DNA from: Curvularia clavata
Taxonomy: Eukaryota
Assembly: GCA_023920165.1 (NCBI GenBank)
Contig: CP089279.1
Span: forward strand, 1,922,001 to 1,986,000
DNA: 64,000 nucleotides
Reading direction: 5' to 3'
Position 1 is the first letter of the stretch; each line of letters begins with the position of its first letter. Shown here one piece after another: positions 1-11,016 of the stretch. The position numbers and the translations under genes are program-made. The notes below the pieces were generated by a model, which was not told the origin of the DNA, made no database searches, and saw only the letters and a program-made list of their open reading frames with translations.

Positions 1-1599
1 CTGCCGGACTTGACCTATAGAAAGAGATAGTGTAGCAGCTACAGCCTTTCTTAGACCAGACTCTCCATGCTCGCCTTCACGCAAGTCGTCGCTATGCTTA
101 AGAGCTGCTTGGTTGTATTCGTGTAGTCGTGCTTGGTACTGCTGCACTGTCATATTGCTCGCGTTTATGCACGCTGCCGCTTGCGACACTGCTAGAGGTA
201 GGTGCGATAGTTCTCTTAGCAGTCGTATAGCTCCCGGCTGCTCAGCATTAGAGAGCGGTGTTGATAGACGGGATTGCAACATCCTCAACGCCGTGTCTGG
301 CGTCAGCTCACGCAGCGCTACCACATCTTGTGGAGCAAGGGTCCTAGCCGTGTCGCTTTCTGTTGTTGTGAAAATGACAGAACACAGCTTGGATTGTGGC
401 AGGAAGTTGGCCAAGTCTGTAGTTTCTGCTGCTAACGAGCCGCCATGCTGGACAGTTGTGCCCTCAACATTGTCGAAGATTAGTAAACACTGTCGCGTAT
501 TCAGCTCTGCTATGCAACGTTTTACAATCTGCTCTATATCTACCTGGTCGTTATTATAACCAGGAATGCCGAGCTTCTGTGCAATACTAGTATAGGACTG
601 GTTGAGACTGTCTTTATCGCTCGCATCAATCCAGAAGACTGAGCAATGCTTCTGTTTCTTTAGTGTTCTGTGTGCGACTTCGAGCGCGAGCTGCGATTTC
701 CCTGTTCCGCTAGGCCCAACTATTGCAAGCATCGAGGTACTGTTCTGTGTGTTGCTGAAGAGCTTTGCCTCTAGTTCAGCCAGCTGTAGTTCGCGACCCA
801 CAAAAGACTTGTTACGCGAGAATGGAATAATTGACGGTGCGCAGTCGGCTCCCTCTACTTCAGCTTGTAGTCTTTCTAACGCACTCTCTCTTCTTTCGCC
901 ATAGGTTATAGGCATAGAGACGCCAAGAAGTCCAAGCAGGCAGTATACCATGTCTTCTGTCTCGGTCGTTTCGCGACCGCTAACCCATCGCATGCGCTCA
1001 GATATACTAAACTGGTCGAGAGGACAGTTACGTAGCGCTGCGAGTGGAATGCCGGTAATGCTGTGTAGTAGTTGGCCGAGAGAGGTTTTGTCGCCTATAC
1101 GCTGCCCTTCGCACGAGAAGAACTCCACAGATGCTGGCGCTATTAGCTCCTGTAGCGTCCATCCGCGAGTGAACCATTTGCTTCGCCGAAGCGGTACATC
1201 CCAGTCCCTGCATAAGACAGATTCTGTCGCGGTCGAGGTCAAAGTCGAAGTTGAGGTCGATGCTGACACATCTGACAAGAAAACGTAGCATCGTGCCGCA
1301 TTCTTGTACCACTGGAACATGGAGTTGATCGCCTTGGAACGCTCGTTGTTATTCCATCTGTCGATGCAGCATGTGTCGATCCAAAAGTACTGCAGCTCAT
1401 CTCGCGCCACCTGCTCAGCGCAAAAGATAAGTTTCTTATAGCCTTCCTCTCTCTCCCTGTACATTTCGTTCGCTATATCTTCCATAAGGATTTCTGAGTC
1501 GCTCCATCTGTGCGACAGGACGGCGTAAGGTGGGATCGGCTTGCCGCGAAAGTCTGTCAGGACAAGCCTGCCGAGCGTATCAAAGTGGAGAAGCCGCAT
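1..1599 (-). CDS. HET-domain + NB-ARC NLR-like protein (5' part; continues beyond the left edge)
   Basis: Hand translation from ATG at 1599 stays open for 533 codons to position 1 (absent from the ORF track because no stop is in the window). HET motifs PPYAVLSHRW, YFWIDTCCID, INSMFQWYKNA and WFTRGWTLQELIAP are followed by NB-ARC elements IPFSRNKSFVGRE, Walker A GPSGTGKS (about 694-717), VFWIDA, Walker B LLIFDNVE and GLPLA-like HLPLAVSQAAA. Confidence 0.92.
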   Translation of the reverse strand, partial: MRLLHFDTLGRLVLTDFRGKPIPPYAVLSHRWSDSEILMEDIANEMYREREEGYKKLIFCAEQVARDELQYFWIDTCCIDRWNNNERSKAINSMFQWYKNAARCYVFLSDVSASTSTSTLTSTATESVLCRDWDVPLRRSKWFTRGWTLQELIAPASVEFFSCEGQRIGDKTSLGQLLHSITGIPLAALRNCPLDQFSISERMRWVSGRETTETEDMVYCLLGLLGVSMPITYGERRESALERLQAEVEGADCAPSIIPFSRNKSFVGRELQLAELEAKLFSNTQNSTSMLAIVGPSGTGKSQLALEVAHRTLKKQKHCSVFWIDASDKDSLNQSYTSIAQKLGIPGYNNDQVDIEQIVKRCIAELNTRQCLLIFDNVEGTTVQHGGSLAAETTDLANFLPQSKLCSVIFTTTESDTARTLAPQDVVALRELTPDTALRMLQSRLSTPLSNAEQPGAIRLLRELSHLPLAVSQAAACINASNMTVQQYQARLHEYNQAALKHSDDLREGEHGESGLRKAVAATLSLSIGQVRQ

Positions 1600-2795
1600 G
1601 ACATGTAGAATTCAGCTTGATTTTACCATGGAGAGAGATGAGTGAATGACTTTATCGTGTTCGGTGTAGTACAACAAGGTCGTGTTGGCGCAGAGGAGGC
1701 GTAAGCTGGACTGCTGAGAAGGCAACCTGGCGAGGCAGTGCCTGCGACTAGGCTGAATGGGCTGGCTACATAACGTGCCCAGCGATAGACGCTGCTAAGC
1801 CTCACGATCTGCAATTTAGGCAGTTCTTGCCTTGCAAATCCATTCCTTGATGAAGGGTACGCATAAGCAGAGTAACTTAGCATTGAACAAAGCAGATCTA
1901 TCGTTGCAGCGCTGTCGCGGTACCAGGGTCGAAGAGGGAGCTTTCAAAAAGGCGTGAATTGTGCGAACGCAAAATCAGTACTGTGCTGCATATGTGAAAT
2001 AAATCGCTTCATAGGCTTTCAGAAGAATTCATCTAGGTACGTGGTTACAAAGCCGTGTAGAACGAGTCTGCTAATTATTACTGTAGTAAAACCTGTTAAC
2101 ACAAGCTCGTGGAGTGGCGCTCTGCAAGACGTGAGATGAGCCATGGACATCTTAGCACGCTACTGCCGCCAAAACTCGCTTAAGGTGCACAGCCAATCAG
2201 ATGCATTCCAGCGATTCTACAGGCTACGCGGAAAAACTGCCGGACTATACATTTTCTACCCTAAAATACTCTTTCGAGGCTGTAGTCTTAGTCCTTGCTT
2301 TATCAGCTCGCTCTCTAATCTGCCGAAACCTCTACGACTGTAGGTTACTACGAATGAACAGGAGGGCTTAGGGAGAGTTAATAGCGCTAGCAAGTCGATC
2401 GACATCATAGCAAGTGATACAATTTTTGGCACCAGACGGTGAAATGGCAGAAGAACCAAAGGTGAAGAATCGACCCGCGGTAGACAGGCCGAGTTGTATC
2501 AATTGCAGGAGTATACCGAGCACCCGAGAGAAGAAATGTCTCATCACGCTAGGCATTCCAGCACGCAGGGAATGATACTAAGTAGCTTGTACAAAGATAT
2601 GCTAGGCGAGCCTGACCTTGGAAGTCAGGTACGGCTTGCCCGATTAGGAAAACTATCGCATCTTACTACGAGTGGGGGAAATAATGCTCATAGAGCGCTC
2701 TTTACTGTTCTTATATCATGGGGTATATGCTTTTTAGGAGTTTGTACTTTTCATTTCGCCTTAGAAAATTGAATATATATTTTTCACCCCAAAAA

Positions 2796-3372
2796 AGTGA
2801 GTAAAATACCGAAAGAGCAATCGTAGTGTATAATAGAACTAATCGCCTATCTACCTACTACACAGTGTCTTCCCCTCTCGTCCCCCTCACTATCATCAAA
2901 GGCGCAGGCCATGAATTCATTCCTCTACCAGAAGGCGACAATGCTACCGTCGCGGACTTTCACTCGTACGTTCCCGTATCTGCTTGGATATCTCTCAAAC
3001 TCTCACCTCATCCTCCCCTATCCATCAACCCCACAAATTAACACTTTTCCTAGTATTCGTACCCAAACCACCGACAATCCCACACACTTGACCTCCGGCT
3101 TCTACAAAATCACCGCCGGCCCTTCCAAACCCGCACACTACACCTTTGAAGAGTCCAAATACGTACTGAGCGGTCAAATCGATATTCTCGACGAGGCAAC
3201 CGGAATAACGCATCATTTGGTAGCGGGCGACTTTGCCTTCTTCCACGTAGGATCCAAAGTGCAGTTTTCGACAAAGAGTCAAGGGATGGCGTTCTATGCG
3301 GTTACAAGGCCGGTGAGGGTTGGGCATCCGAATCTCAAGGGGAGGGAAGAGAGGGTCGGGGCCAAGTTGTGA
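2796..3372 (+). CDS. Cupin (EutQ/DUF861-like) protein with C-terminal PTS1
   Basis: Introns 2797-2865 (GTGAGT..ACTAAT..CAG) and 2966-3053 (GTACGT..ATTAAC..TAG) give MSSPLVPLTIIKGAGHEF...SGFYKITAG...YTFEESKYVLSGQIDILDEATG...LVAGDFAFFHVGSKVQF, a cupin_3-type barrel ending in -AKL*. Confidence 0.75.
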
Positions 3373-3834
3373 GGGCGTCGGGATGTATGAGAAGAAAGAA
3401 ATGACGAAAGAAATGCTGGAATGTTAGAAATTTTACTTTGGTATGGGGAAAAGTCTATTTCATAAGGTGCTAATGGCTAAATACTTTGCTATCAAAACAC
3501 TGGCTGCATGAAAGCTGTTTCCTCCTTCTCGAATTTAGACCTTCCTGCTTGATTCAAGTTAACAGTGGATATCCAAATGTCCTTGTTGCAACGCCAACCG
3601 TCATGGGACGATTTAATCAAGTGTGCCAAAAAAGATGGAAGGTGACTGAAGAACGACAAAGTAAAAAAAAAACAAAAACTCCCAGATGAGCTGTCTGGTG
3701 TCCCACACACACCATTTCGCACTCTCTACTGATTCCAGGTATACGCCACGCGACGCCTGGCACCACATCACATGCTTCCCTCTTACTTCAAACCCAGAAA
3801 AAAAAAACGAACAAAACTCCAGTAACAACGAGTC

Positions 3835-6258
3835 TCAAGCTCCTATTCCGGGAATACTCACACCACCGGCCGCCAAATTCAGCCCACCCCCTCTACTCCT
3901 CGGGCCAACAAAACCCTGTCTCTGCCTACCAGTACGTCCCCTACCCAACCAGTTATACTTGAGCTCCTTGTTCAACCTTCCAATCTTCTCCTGCGCGTCA
4001 TCACTGCTCTGCAGACTTACGAGCACAGAGACACACTGCAGCATGCGGCCCACAGTCTCTGTGACTTTGGCGCTGTCCATGGGCTGCTGACGCAGTGCGG
4101 TGGGCTGAGAATGCTGATTATGCGGGGTAGGTGTGGGATGTAAATGGGTAATGGTGGGTGGGTGTTGTGAAGGGTTTGAAGAGAAGGAACCAGCAGAGGT
4201 GTTTGACGTGGCGCGGGAGCGTGTGCTTGCAAAAGTGGAAGATGTGATGCTGGTGGTTGATTCAAGGTAGCCTCCACTGCTCTGGCTGGTCGAGTTGAGA
4301 CTGCCGAGCTGTGCGTCGTTTGTGCTGCCGGCAGTGCCAGGACGCGTGTCGTAGGGTATAGGCGAAGGCGATTCCAGACCTGCATTGAGATTTTCTAGGG
4401 AGAGACGCGAGAAGATTGCCATGAGGGCTTCGTAGCGCGGTAAGATGACAATGTCGCGGAACATGAGGAGGGTCATGCGGCGGACTTCGAGTTCGCCTAA
4501 TATGGGAATATTTTTGTGATTGGGGCTCTTGCTGTTCATTTCGTCGGGAAGCATGACGCCCCAGAACTCGGCAGCCTGGGCCGATGTCATAATGCCTGAG
4601 CCTCTGAACTCCATGTCAAGAGGAAGGAAAACAGCCTGGAGGAAGGGTAGTATGGTGGTGAACACGACAAGCCACATCTCGACTAGGTGCGGAATCAACC
4701 TGTCGTCTGGAACATGTCGGAGGGTCTGATCAAGTGAGCCAAAGCCTGTTTGAAGAAGCTCGTTGAGATCTTCGATAAGGATAATGGGCGAACGTTTGTG
4801 GATACACCGCTTGATATGAACAGTAACTAGGGCGTTAAAGTCTTCAACTGGCGGCCGTGGATCTTCGCCTTCAAATATCAACAAAACCCTTGCTTTCAGC
4901 AACGGCCAGGCATCGTCCGGCGATAAACCGTGTATACCAAAAGAACTCCCTAGATGAGACATTTCCGAGGTATGCGATATAGCTTGACCTGGTGTAGAAA
5001 GATTCGAAGTCGTTGTTATGTTGCCTGCCAACAACGGCCACTCTGATCTTTCTATACTAAAAGATTGGTTGCGTTCTCGATGCGGCGGATCCAGCTGTGC
5101 ATCCAAAAACGCTGCCGCCTTCTCTTCCTTCTTGGCTCGTCTCAAGTGACGTCCGCCATGCCTCAGATCCAAGCCAGTCACGGAACTGGCAAATGTGCTC
5201 GAGTGTCCTGGTGATGATGGCGCTGCGAATGAATAGAGAGGTTCAGGAGCACTGGGATTGGTGGGTTTCGAATTGCTGCTCGCTGAGGACAGCGGAAGAG
5301 CAAAGCTGTCTCCATCCTTCAGCTTGTGTTTTTGCCTAGACAAGAAATGATGCTTATGCTTTTCCTCTTTGCGTTCTGGTAACGAGTCGTTTCGTGGAGG
5401 AACCAGGGTCGATGTTGAAGCGTTGGCCGAGGAGTATAGTGAAGCATTTGGCGTAGTTGCGTTCGAGTCAATCAAGCTCGTCGTCGAACCGGCCATCATC
5501 ATGCGATTCAGCGCCTGGGAGCTATGAATGCCAATACCAATCTTTCCCGGCGAAGGCAAGGCCTGGTGCTTGCTCTCTGAACGGTTGTCCACCTTGATAT
5601 TCTTAGGCTTGGACGAAAACAGCTTCATCTTGCTCTTGCCCTCCTTTGGCTTCTGCAAAGGCGGCACCTCTGGTGTTGATGCTGCTGGCTTGGGCGACGC
5701 ATGTGGCTGGGTACCCTCGACGCCAGGCGAGTTGAGCGGACTCCGTGGAAAGGCAGCGTTTGCGGCCGTGGTCGCGGCCATTCTGCTGGCTCCGCCTGGA
5801 GTCGGGTAGGTGACACCATTGGTGCGGAACGTCATAGCCTGGGCGGGTGCTGCTGGAGGGCTCAAAGGCTGAGCTCGTTCGGCGGGCGCGGCATCACTTG
5901 GAGCGGGAATCGTGGTAGAGCGCTTACGGTAATGCTGAGGGTTCTGCGCATATGCGGCCTGGGCAGCAATCTGCGAGGCACTGAGCTGACTCTGCGGGGC
6001 CATGGCGGCATCCCTCTCTCGACCAGGGCTCTCTTTCATGGAACTCAGGCTGGGCTCAAAGTAGCCCTGGGAGCGCTGGCGAGGACGGTGGCCTATGTGC
6101 GCGCCGCCGACGTGAGTCTGGCTCTGTGTCGCATCGCGCACGATGGCTGGACGCGAATAGTTCTGTGCAGACAGTTGACCAGCCGTGCGCGAGTCGGCGG
6201 CTGTGGGCGACTTCAAGGCGGAGGGGGACAGGACCGAGGCGGGCAGAGGAGCGCGTCG

Positions 6259-6295
<37 letters not shown>

Positions 6296-6387
6296 GTCGC
6301 GTAGGGGCCGTCAGAGTCGGACTCGTCCTGGGAAACGGGGCGTCTGAGGGCGGGCGTCGCTGGCGGAGGAGGAGAAGACGAGGGCAT
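3835..6387 (-). CDS. HbrB-domain protein (Bit61/PRR5-like TORC2 subunit)
   Basis: 850-aa ORF with a long S/P-rich N-terminus and an HbrB-type core DDAWPLLKARVLLIFEGED...VEDFNALVTVHIKRC...LVEMWLVVFTTILPFLQAVFLPLD...RMLQCVSVL. Confidence 0.85.
6259..6294 (-). repeat. (CAG)n tract encoding poly-Q12 in the HbrB-domain protein
   Basis: The + strand reads ctgttg(ctg)10; the ORF translation shows 12 consecutive Q. Confidence 0.95.
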
Positions 6388-6754
6388 GGTGGGCGGCGAT
6401 TCTATCGGCCGGGTTGCTTTTGCGATAGGGTGGCTGCGTGCAGGGTCAGGGAACGACGTATGCGGCTGCGGCGTGCGGGTGCGGGTGCAGCAGATGCAGG
6501 CGACAACGGGCGCGCCAGGGGGAGGGCGCGTTGCAGAGTGGCTCCTAGTCCAGCGCTCTCATGGCCGGCAGGGGGAGCGTCGCAGATGCAGCAGCTGGTG
6601 TCGTGTATCAGCACCATCGGACAGACGAGTGGTTGCAAGAGACGACGTCGATTCAGACGCGGGTCGTTCCACCGCCGCTAACTCACTCCGCCCCGCCGCC
6701 CTTGGCTTCCCTCTCCCGACCCCGCCGCTCTTCTCTTCTTCACTCGTCCCAAAC

Positions 6755-7003
6755 ATGCCTACTCTGACAGCCAGCTACGCCGCTCCCACGTCATCGCAGA
6801 CGTTCAATGCCGAGCTCCCCGCACTGGCATCCCCGCCCTCAACCGAGGACCGCGTAGCCTACCTGACCGAGCTCGCCTCTGCGCTGAAAACCATGCAAAA
6901 GGACGTCAACGAGTTCCTCACCCAGAAGATGGCAGAAGACAAGGCTGCGGATGACGCCAAGGACGAGGAGACGTATGGCGAGGAGGTCGTCGACGAAGAT
7001 TGA
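6755..7003 (+). CDS. GON7: EKC/KEOPS complex subunit Gon7
   Basis: 82 aa MPTLTASYAAP...YLTELASALKTMQKDVNEFLTQKMAEDK...EETYGEEVVDED matches the fungal Gon7 pattern. The ATG is in a good context (AAACATG). Confidence 0.85.
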   Translation: MPTLTASYAAPTSSQTFNAELPALASPPSTEDRVAYLTELASALKTMQKDVNEFLTQKMAEDKAADDAKDEETYGEEVVDED

Positions 7004-7082
7004 GTCTACACATGCCTGTATTTTATAAGACAATTGGTACACGATTCATGGGTATCCTATCCACGCAAGCTACAAGACTCCG

Positions 7083-10000
7083 TTACCGCCATCCCGTCGT
7101 CCCAGACGTTCGTTTCCCCACGCTGCCCCTCATACATCCGCTGTGGACTACACTGTTGTCTGGAAATACGCGGATCGCACTTCCACCGAACCTCTTATGA
7201 CAGACTGCACAATGCCTGTCCTCGTCAATCACCACCCTTCTGTTGAGCCCACCCGGTATCTTCCTTCCATGTTGGTCTGTCTTGTTGTCAACACCAAGCA
7301 ACATTGCTGCCTCGACCGCCACCTTTTCGACGCCTCGCAGCCGTGAAACAATTCGTTCTTCGTTGAGAAGGGAGTTGGCATTGCGTATCCGACCAAAGAA
7401 GTACGACTCCAGGTCCTTGACGGGCAGTGTTGGCGGTATCAGGTCTAGTGTCGTCGCTGCAGGTAGTCGTGCTCCATGTTTGGAAAGAAGTTCGAGCGCA
7501 GGAGGCCAGTTGGGCTGGTGCGGGGGTGGAGGCGAGAGGTACAGAGACAGGAGGACATGGTAGATGGAGAGCTCCGTGTCTTCAATGGTGCCTTGGATGT
7601 TGGCATTGGGTTGCGGAGATCGGTTTGGTGCAGGAGCCTGTGGCGGTGCTGTGTAGACTTGATTGCAGTATCTAAGACCATGTTAGTCTCTCTAGTGTCA
7701 CAATGCCAACGAGTGTCTTACTCTTCGGCTTTCTTGTAATCCTTGAGCTGGAACACATAGATTGCTAGTGCTTGCTTATGCGAACCCATCTTGCTCAACA
7801 CAATAGCACGTGCTTCGTAGTAGTCCGGGTCTGAATGTGTTGTCAGCCACTGTGCCCAATTCCAATACTCAAGAACACCAATACGTACCGTTGGCTGGGA
7901 GCTGCTGAAACACGCGGTACCGATTGTACTGTGCGTTCTCTTTCTTCAAGAATATCTGCAGTCTCTCTCGCCAATCCGCCTTTTCTTCGTCGTTTGCAAA
8001 ATCCCCACTCTTCAGCCTTTCCAACAGCAGATCAACTAACCGCTGGTGGAAGTCCACATTGAGATCGTTCAGCTCCTCGATGATATGCTCTAGATACCTA
8101 ACCGCGAGCTTCAGATCGATCTTCTGCAGGAACTCGAGTACCCTGTCTCTTGGTAGCGTCTCTGCGTTCTCCGTATCGGCAAGGAAAACCTCCATTCCGA
8201 GATCGGGGTTGACCCGTAGTGGCCACTCGGCGTACTCAAGGATGAGGTCAATGAGCTCTGGGGGCAATGCCTGTAGGTATCCGACCGTTCGCTGCGGTCC
8301 TTGCAGGGCGGGGGAAACCTCCTCGTCCGCCTCATTCTTGCCGAATTTCTCCAGCAACTCTAGCGCCTGTCGATGTAGCTTCTTCCCGTGTAAGAAGTCA
8401 ATCAGATCCGCGTAGCGGCCCGTCTCGTACAGCTTCTCCTGGACCACGTCCGGCTCGCAAAAGTTAGGGAGACGGAAAAGTGAGCCTGCTACACTGGGGT
8501 TTGCAATCATGTATGCGCGGAACAGTGTTGTGTCGACTAGTTGCGCCACTTCGAGCAGCTTGGCCTTCCAGTCTACAGGACCTTGCAGCGAACTCTCTTC
8601 GATAAATATGTGGAAAGGCGGTTTCTCTGCTTCCAACTGGCTGCCACTAGGCGTCGGTAAGGGCTCCTTCAAGTTACCCTCTGTATCAATGTAGCGTTTA
8701 ATCTGCACACGGCATTGCGTGAGGAAGGACTGCAAAGCACGTACAGAGTCTTTGAACTCCTTCTCTGTGACTGCTTTGTCTGCTTGAGTTGGATCGGTTG
8801 TCCTCTTCTTGATGCTCCCCGTCTCTGCTGCTGCACCATCATCCTTCACAGCACTAGTGCGGATAGAGGCAGCGTCCGAGTCGACCTTTTTGTGTCCGCC
8901 CACGCCGAACCGGCCCATCATCGACCGTCCGATTGTTGATGCAGCAGGGACTGCGCTTTCTTCAGACTCCTTCGCTGGTTTCTCCCCATTTGGTTCCTCG
9001 TCTTCCGTGACGCTTCCATCGCCCTTTACGCTCTCCTCGGGCGCCAAGTTCCCAGCAATCGATCTTGGATACAGGGAAATGACGCGTTCAGGAGGTGCTC
9101 TGGCGTCGATGAAGAGCTCCATAGCCTCACGGTACTTTTTCATGTCAAACAAAGCCTGCGCTTTGAGTATCTGAATCTCTCTTATGCGCTCCTCCTTGTC
9201 CAGAAGTAAAGTATCTTCGAGCATGTTGAGGAGACTCAACGCTTCGTCGTAGCGCCCATTAGCGACTAGCTCGTCGATCTGCGTCTCATAACTCTGGGCT
9301 CCCATCCGCCATATGCACCTGTCGCTGGCGACCAGGAAGCCTTTGCCAGCATGGGCGAGGCTAATATTGGGCTGAGGCACATGAAGGAAGCTAGCGTTAG
9401 GCAAGGAGATGAGTTGCAGCAAGCTGAGTGTATCCGGGTTTCTGATTTCCAGACTACCCTTCGAAGGCGGCTGCAGGGTGAGCATGTACGGGTATGAGTA
9501 CGCGATAGTCTCAGGGGCAGATTGCCAGGGTACCTGTCGCTTTTCGAGGGCGTTGCCATCCGTGTCAATAAAGAGACTGTTGACGTCCTTTGCTAGCAGC
9601 ATCTCGCCCTCCTTAAGTCGCGTTGCAAGCGGCTTCGGCACCCAGCTACCCATGCCCATGTATCCCATGCCCGAAGATGAGACTGCACCGAAGCGCGCTC
9701 CGCCCTGACTCCCATTCTCTGCGAGTGCACCTGGCTTGATGATGTCTTGGACCTCCTGCGTCTCAATGTTGACCATGACAAACCCGGGATCCATACCAGC
9801 GACAATCTTAGTGCCAGTCGCCCATGTCAAGCTCTTGACCGAGGCAATGAGCGAGATCTCGACTGCGTCGCCCGTCAATTCCATGTCCTGCCATGTCCAC
9901 AATATGATCTTCCGCTTCACCGCAACAGCCAGATGGCTTACGATGGATGGAATTCCGGTCGACGGATCTTTGACGATATTACTGGCCGCAGCGAACGTGG

Positions 10001-10444
10001 TAGCACCCCGCGTCTTCTCTAGCTTCTCCTGTAGCGCGTACGTCTGGATGTCGTGAATGGAGACAAAGTTGTCCGACAGCGAGACAAGGATGTTGGCTTC
10101 TTTGATAATGGCTAGCTGCTGTATCGGTCGTCGCGAAAACTTCTCTTCTTCGCGGAGGAGGTCTGCGGGCTTGGGTTTGGGTGTGGAAGGTTGCTGTTGG
10201 TCGCCGTTGTGGTCGCCATTTTGCTGTTGCTCGGCTTCGACGTCTTCGGGCTCGTCGTTCACGCGGTATATACGTAAAGAGCCAGTGTTGAGTCCCACGA
10301 GTACACGGTCGCCTGATGTCGTTAGTAAAGAGGGCGAAATGCTGCATGTAGGCGCGGTATACCATAGGCCAGGATCGACTCGATCTTGGACTTGTCGCGC
10401 TGTTTAAGCTCGACGATGGGCCGGGCAGTGAATGCAGAGAGCAT
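7083..10444 (-). CDS. VPS39: HOPS subunit Vam6/Vps39 (AvaB-like): CNH domain, clathrin-like repeat, C-terminal Zn finger
   Basis: Starts MLSAFTARPIVELKQRDKSKIESILAYG. Introns 10313-10362, 7831-7888 and 7672-7721 join the 809-aa ORF to exons ending CAVCHKRFGGSAIRVFPDNSVVHSGC. Includes the VDTTLFRAYM/LFRLPNFC motif. Confidence 0.93.
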
Positions 10445-11016
10445 AGTTGGTATTATTCCGAACGCTGATTCATTGGGTCCCGGTGTTGTCGCTATGCGAC
10501 TGCTGTTGCGTGCTCTAAGAGCTCCTCCATGGGCGATGCCGGCGTGCGCTTGGAGCTCGGCGGTCCATCGTCATGGCCATGGAGCTTTGGCCAGGGTCTG
10601 TTAGCCACGTGCAGCCACATCACTCGAGCATGCTACAAGAGCCAAGCAGCTTAGTTCACTATGTCTGAGAAGATGCCAAAAGAAAAAGAATCTCTGAGAC
10701 CAGATAATTGCATTGATATTCTACCTAATCTACCTAAGGTGCTCTGTCCGATTCGCGGGCATATTTGAGCAAAGAACAGAAGGAGAGTGGGTGCTGCATG
10801 AGCGAGTGTGTATGTGAAATGACTTCAAGCAAAAAGTCTAGAAGTACAGTATGAGGGAGAATATTTGTCATTCTCTATCGATGGTCTTGAATACGTACAT
10901 TCTGAAGCAAGACCAAATCTCCCTCGATTTTCACACCCGCTGACAGGCCACTCGAGTGGGTTCGTAGGGCCATTTGGCACCACCACCTTTTCTAGAACGC
11001 GTAAAAACAAGTCCCG

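Noticed and set aside
113..1288. + strand ORFs of 148, 100 and 112 aa
   Set aside because: Antisense shadows of the HET-NB-ARC gene.
5701..6681. 326-aa + ORF, and the 205-aa N-terminally extended GON7 ORF from 6386
   Set aside because: The first is a GC-rich antisense shadow of the HbrB gene. Gon7 similarity begins only at ATG 6755.
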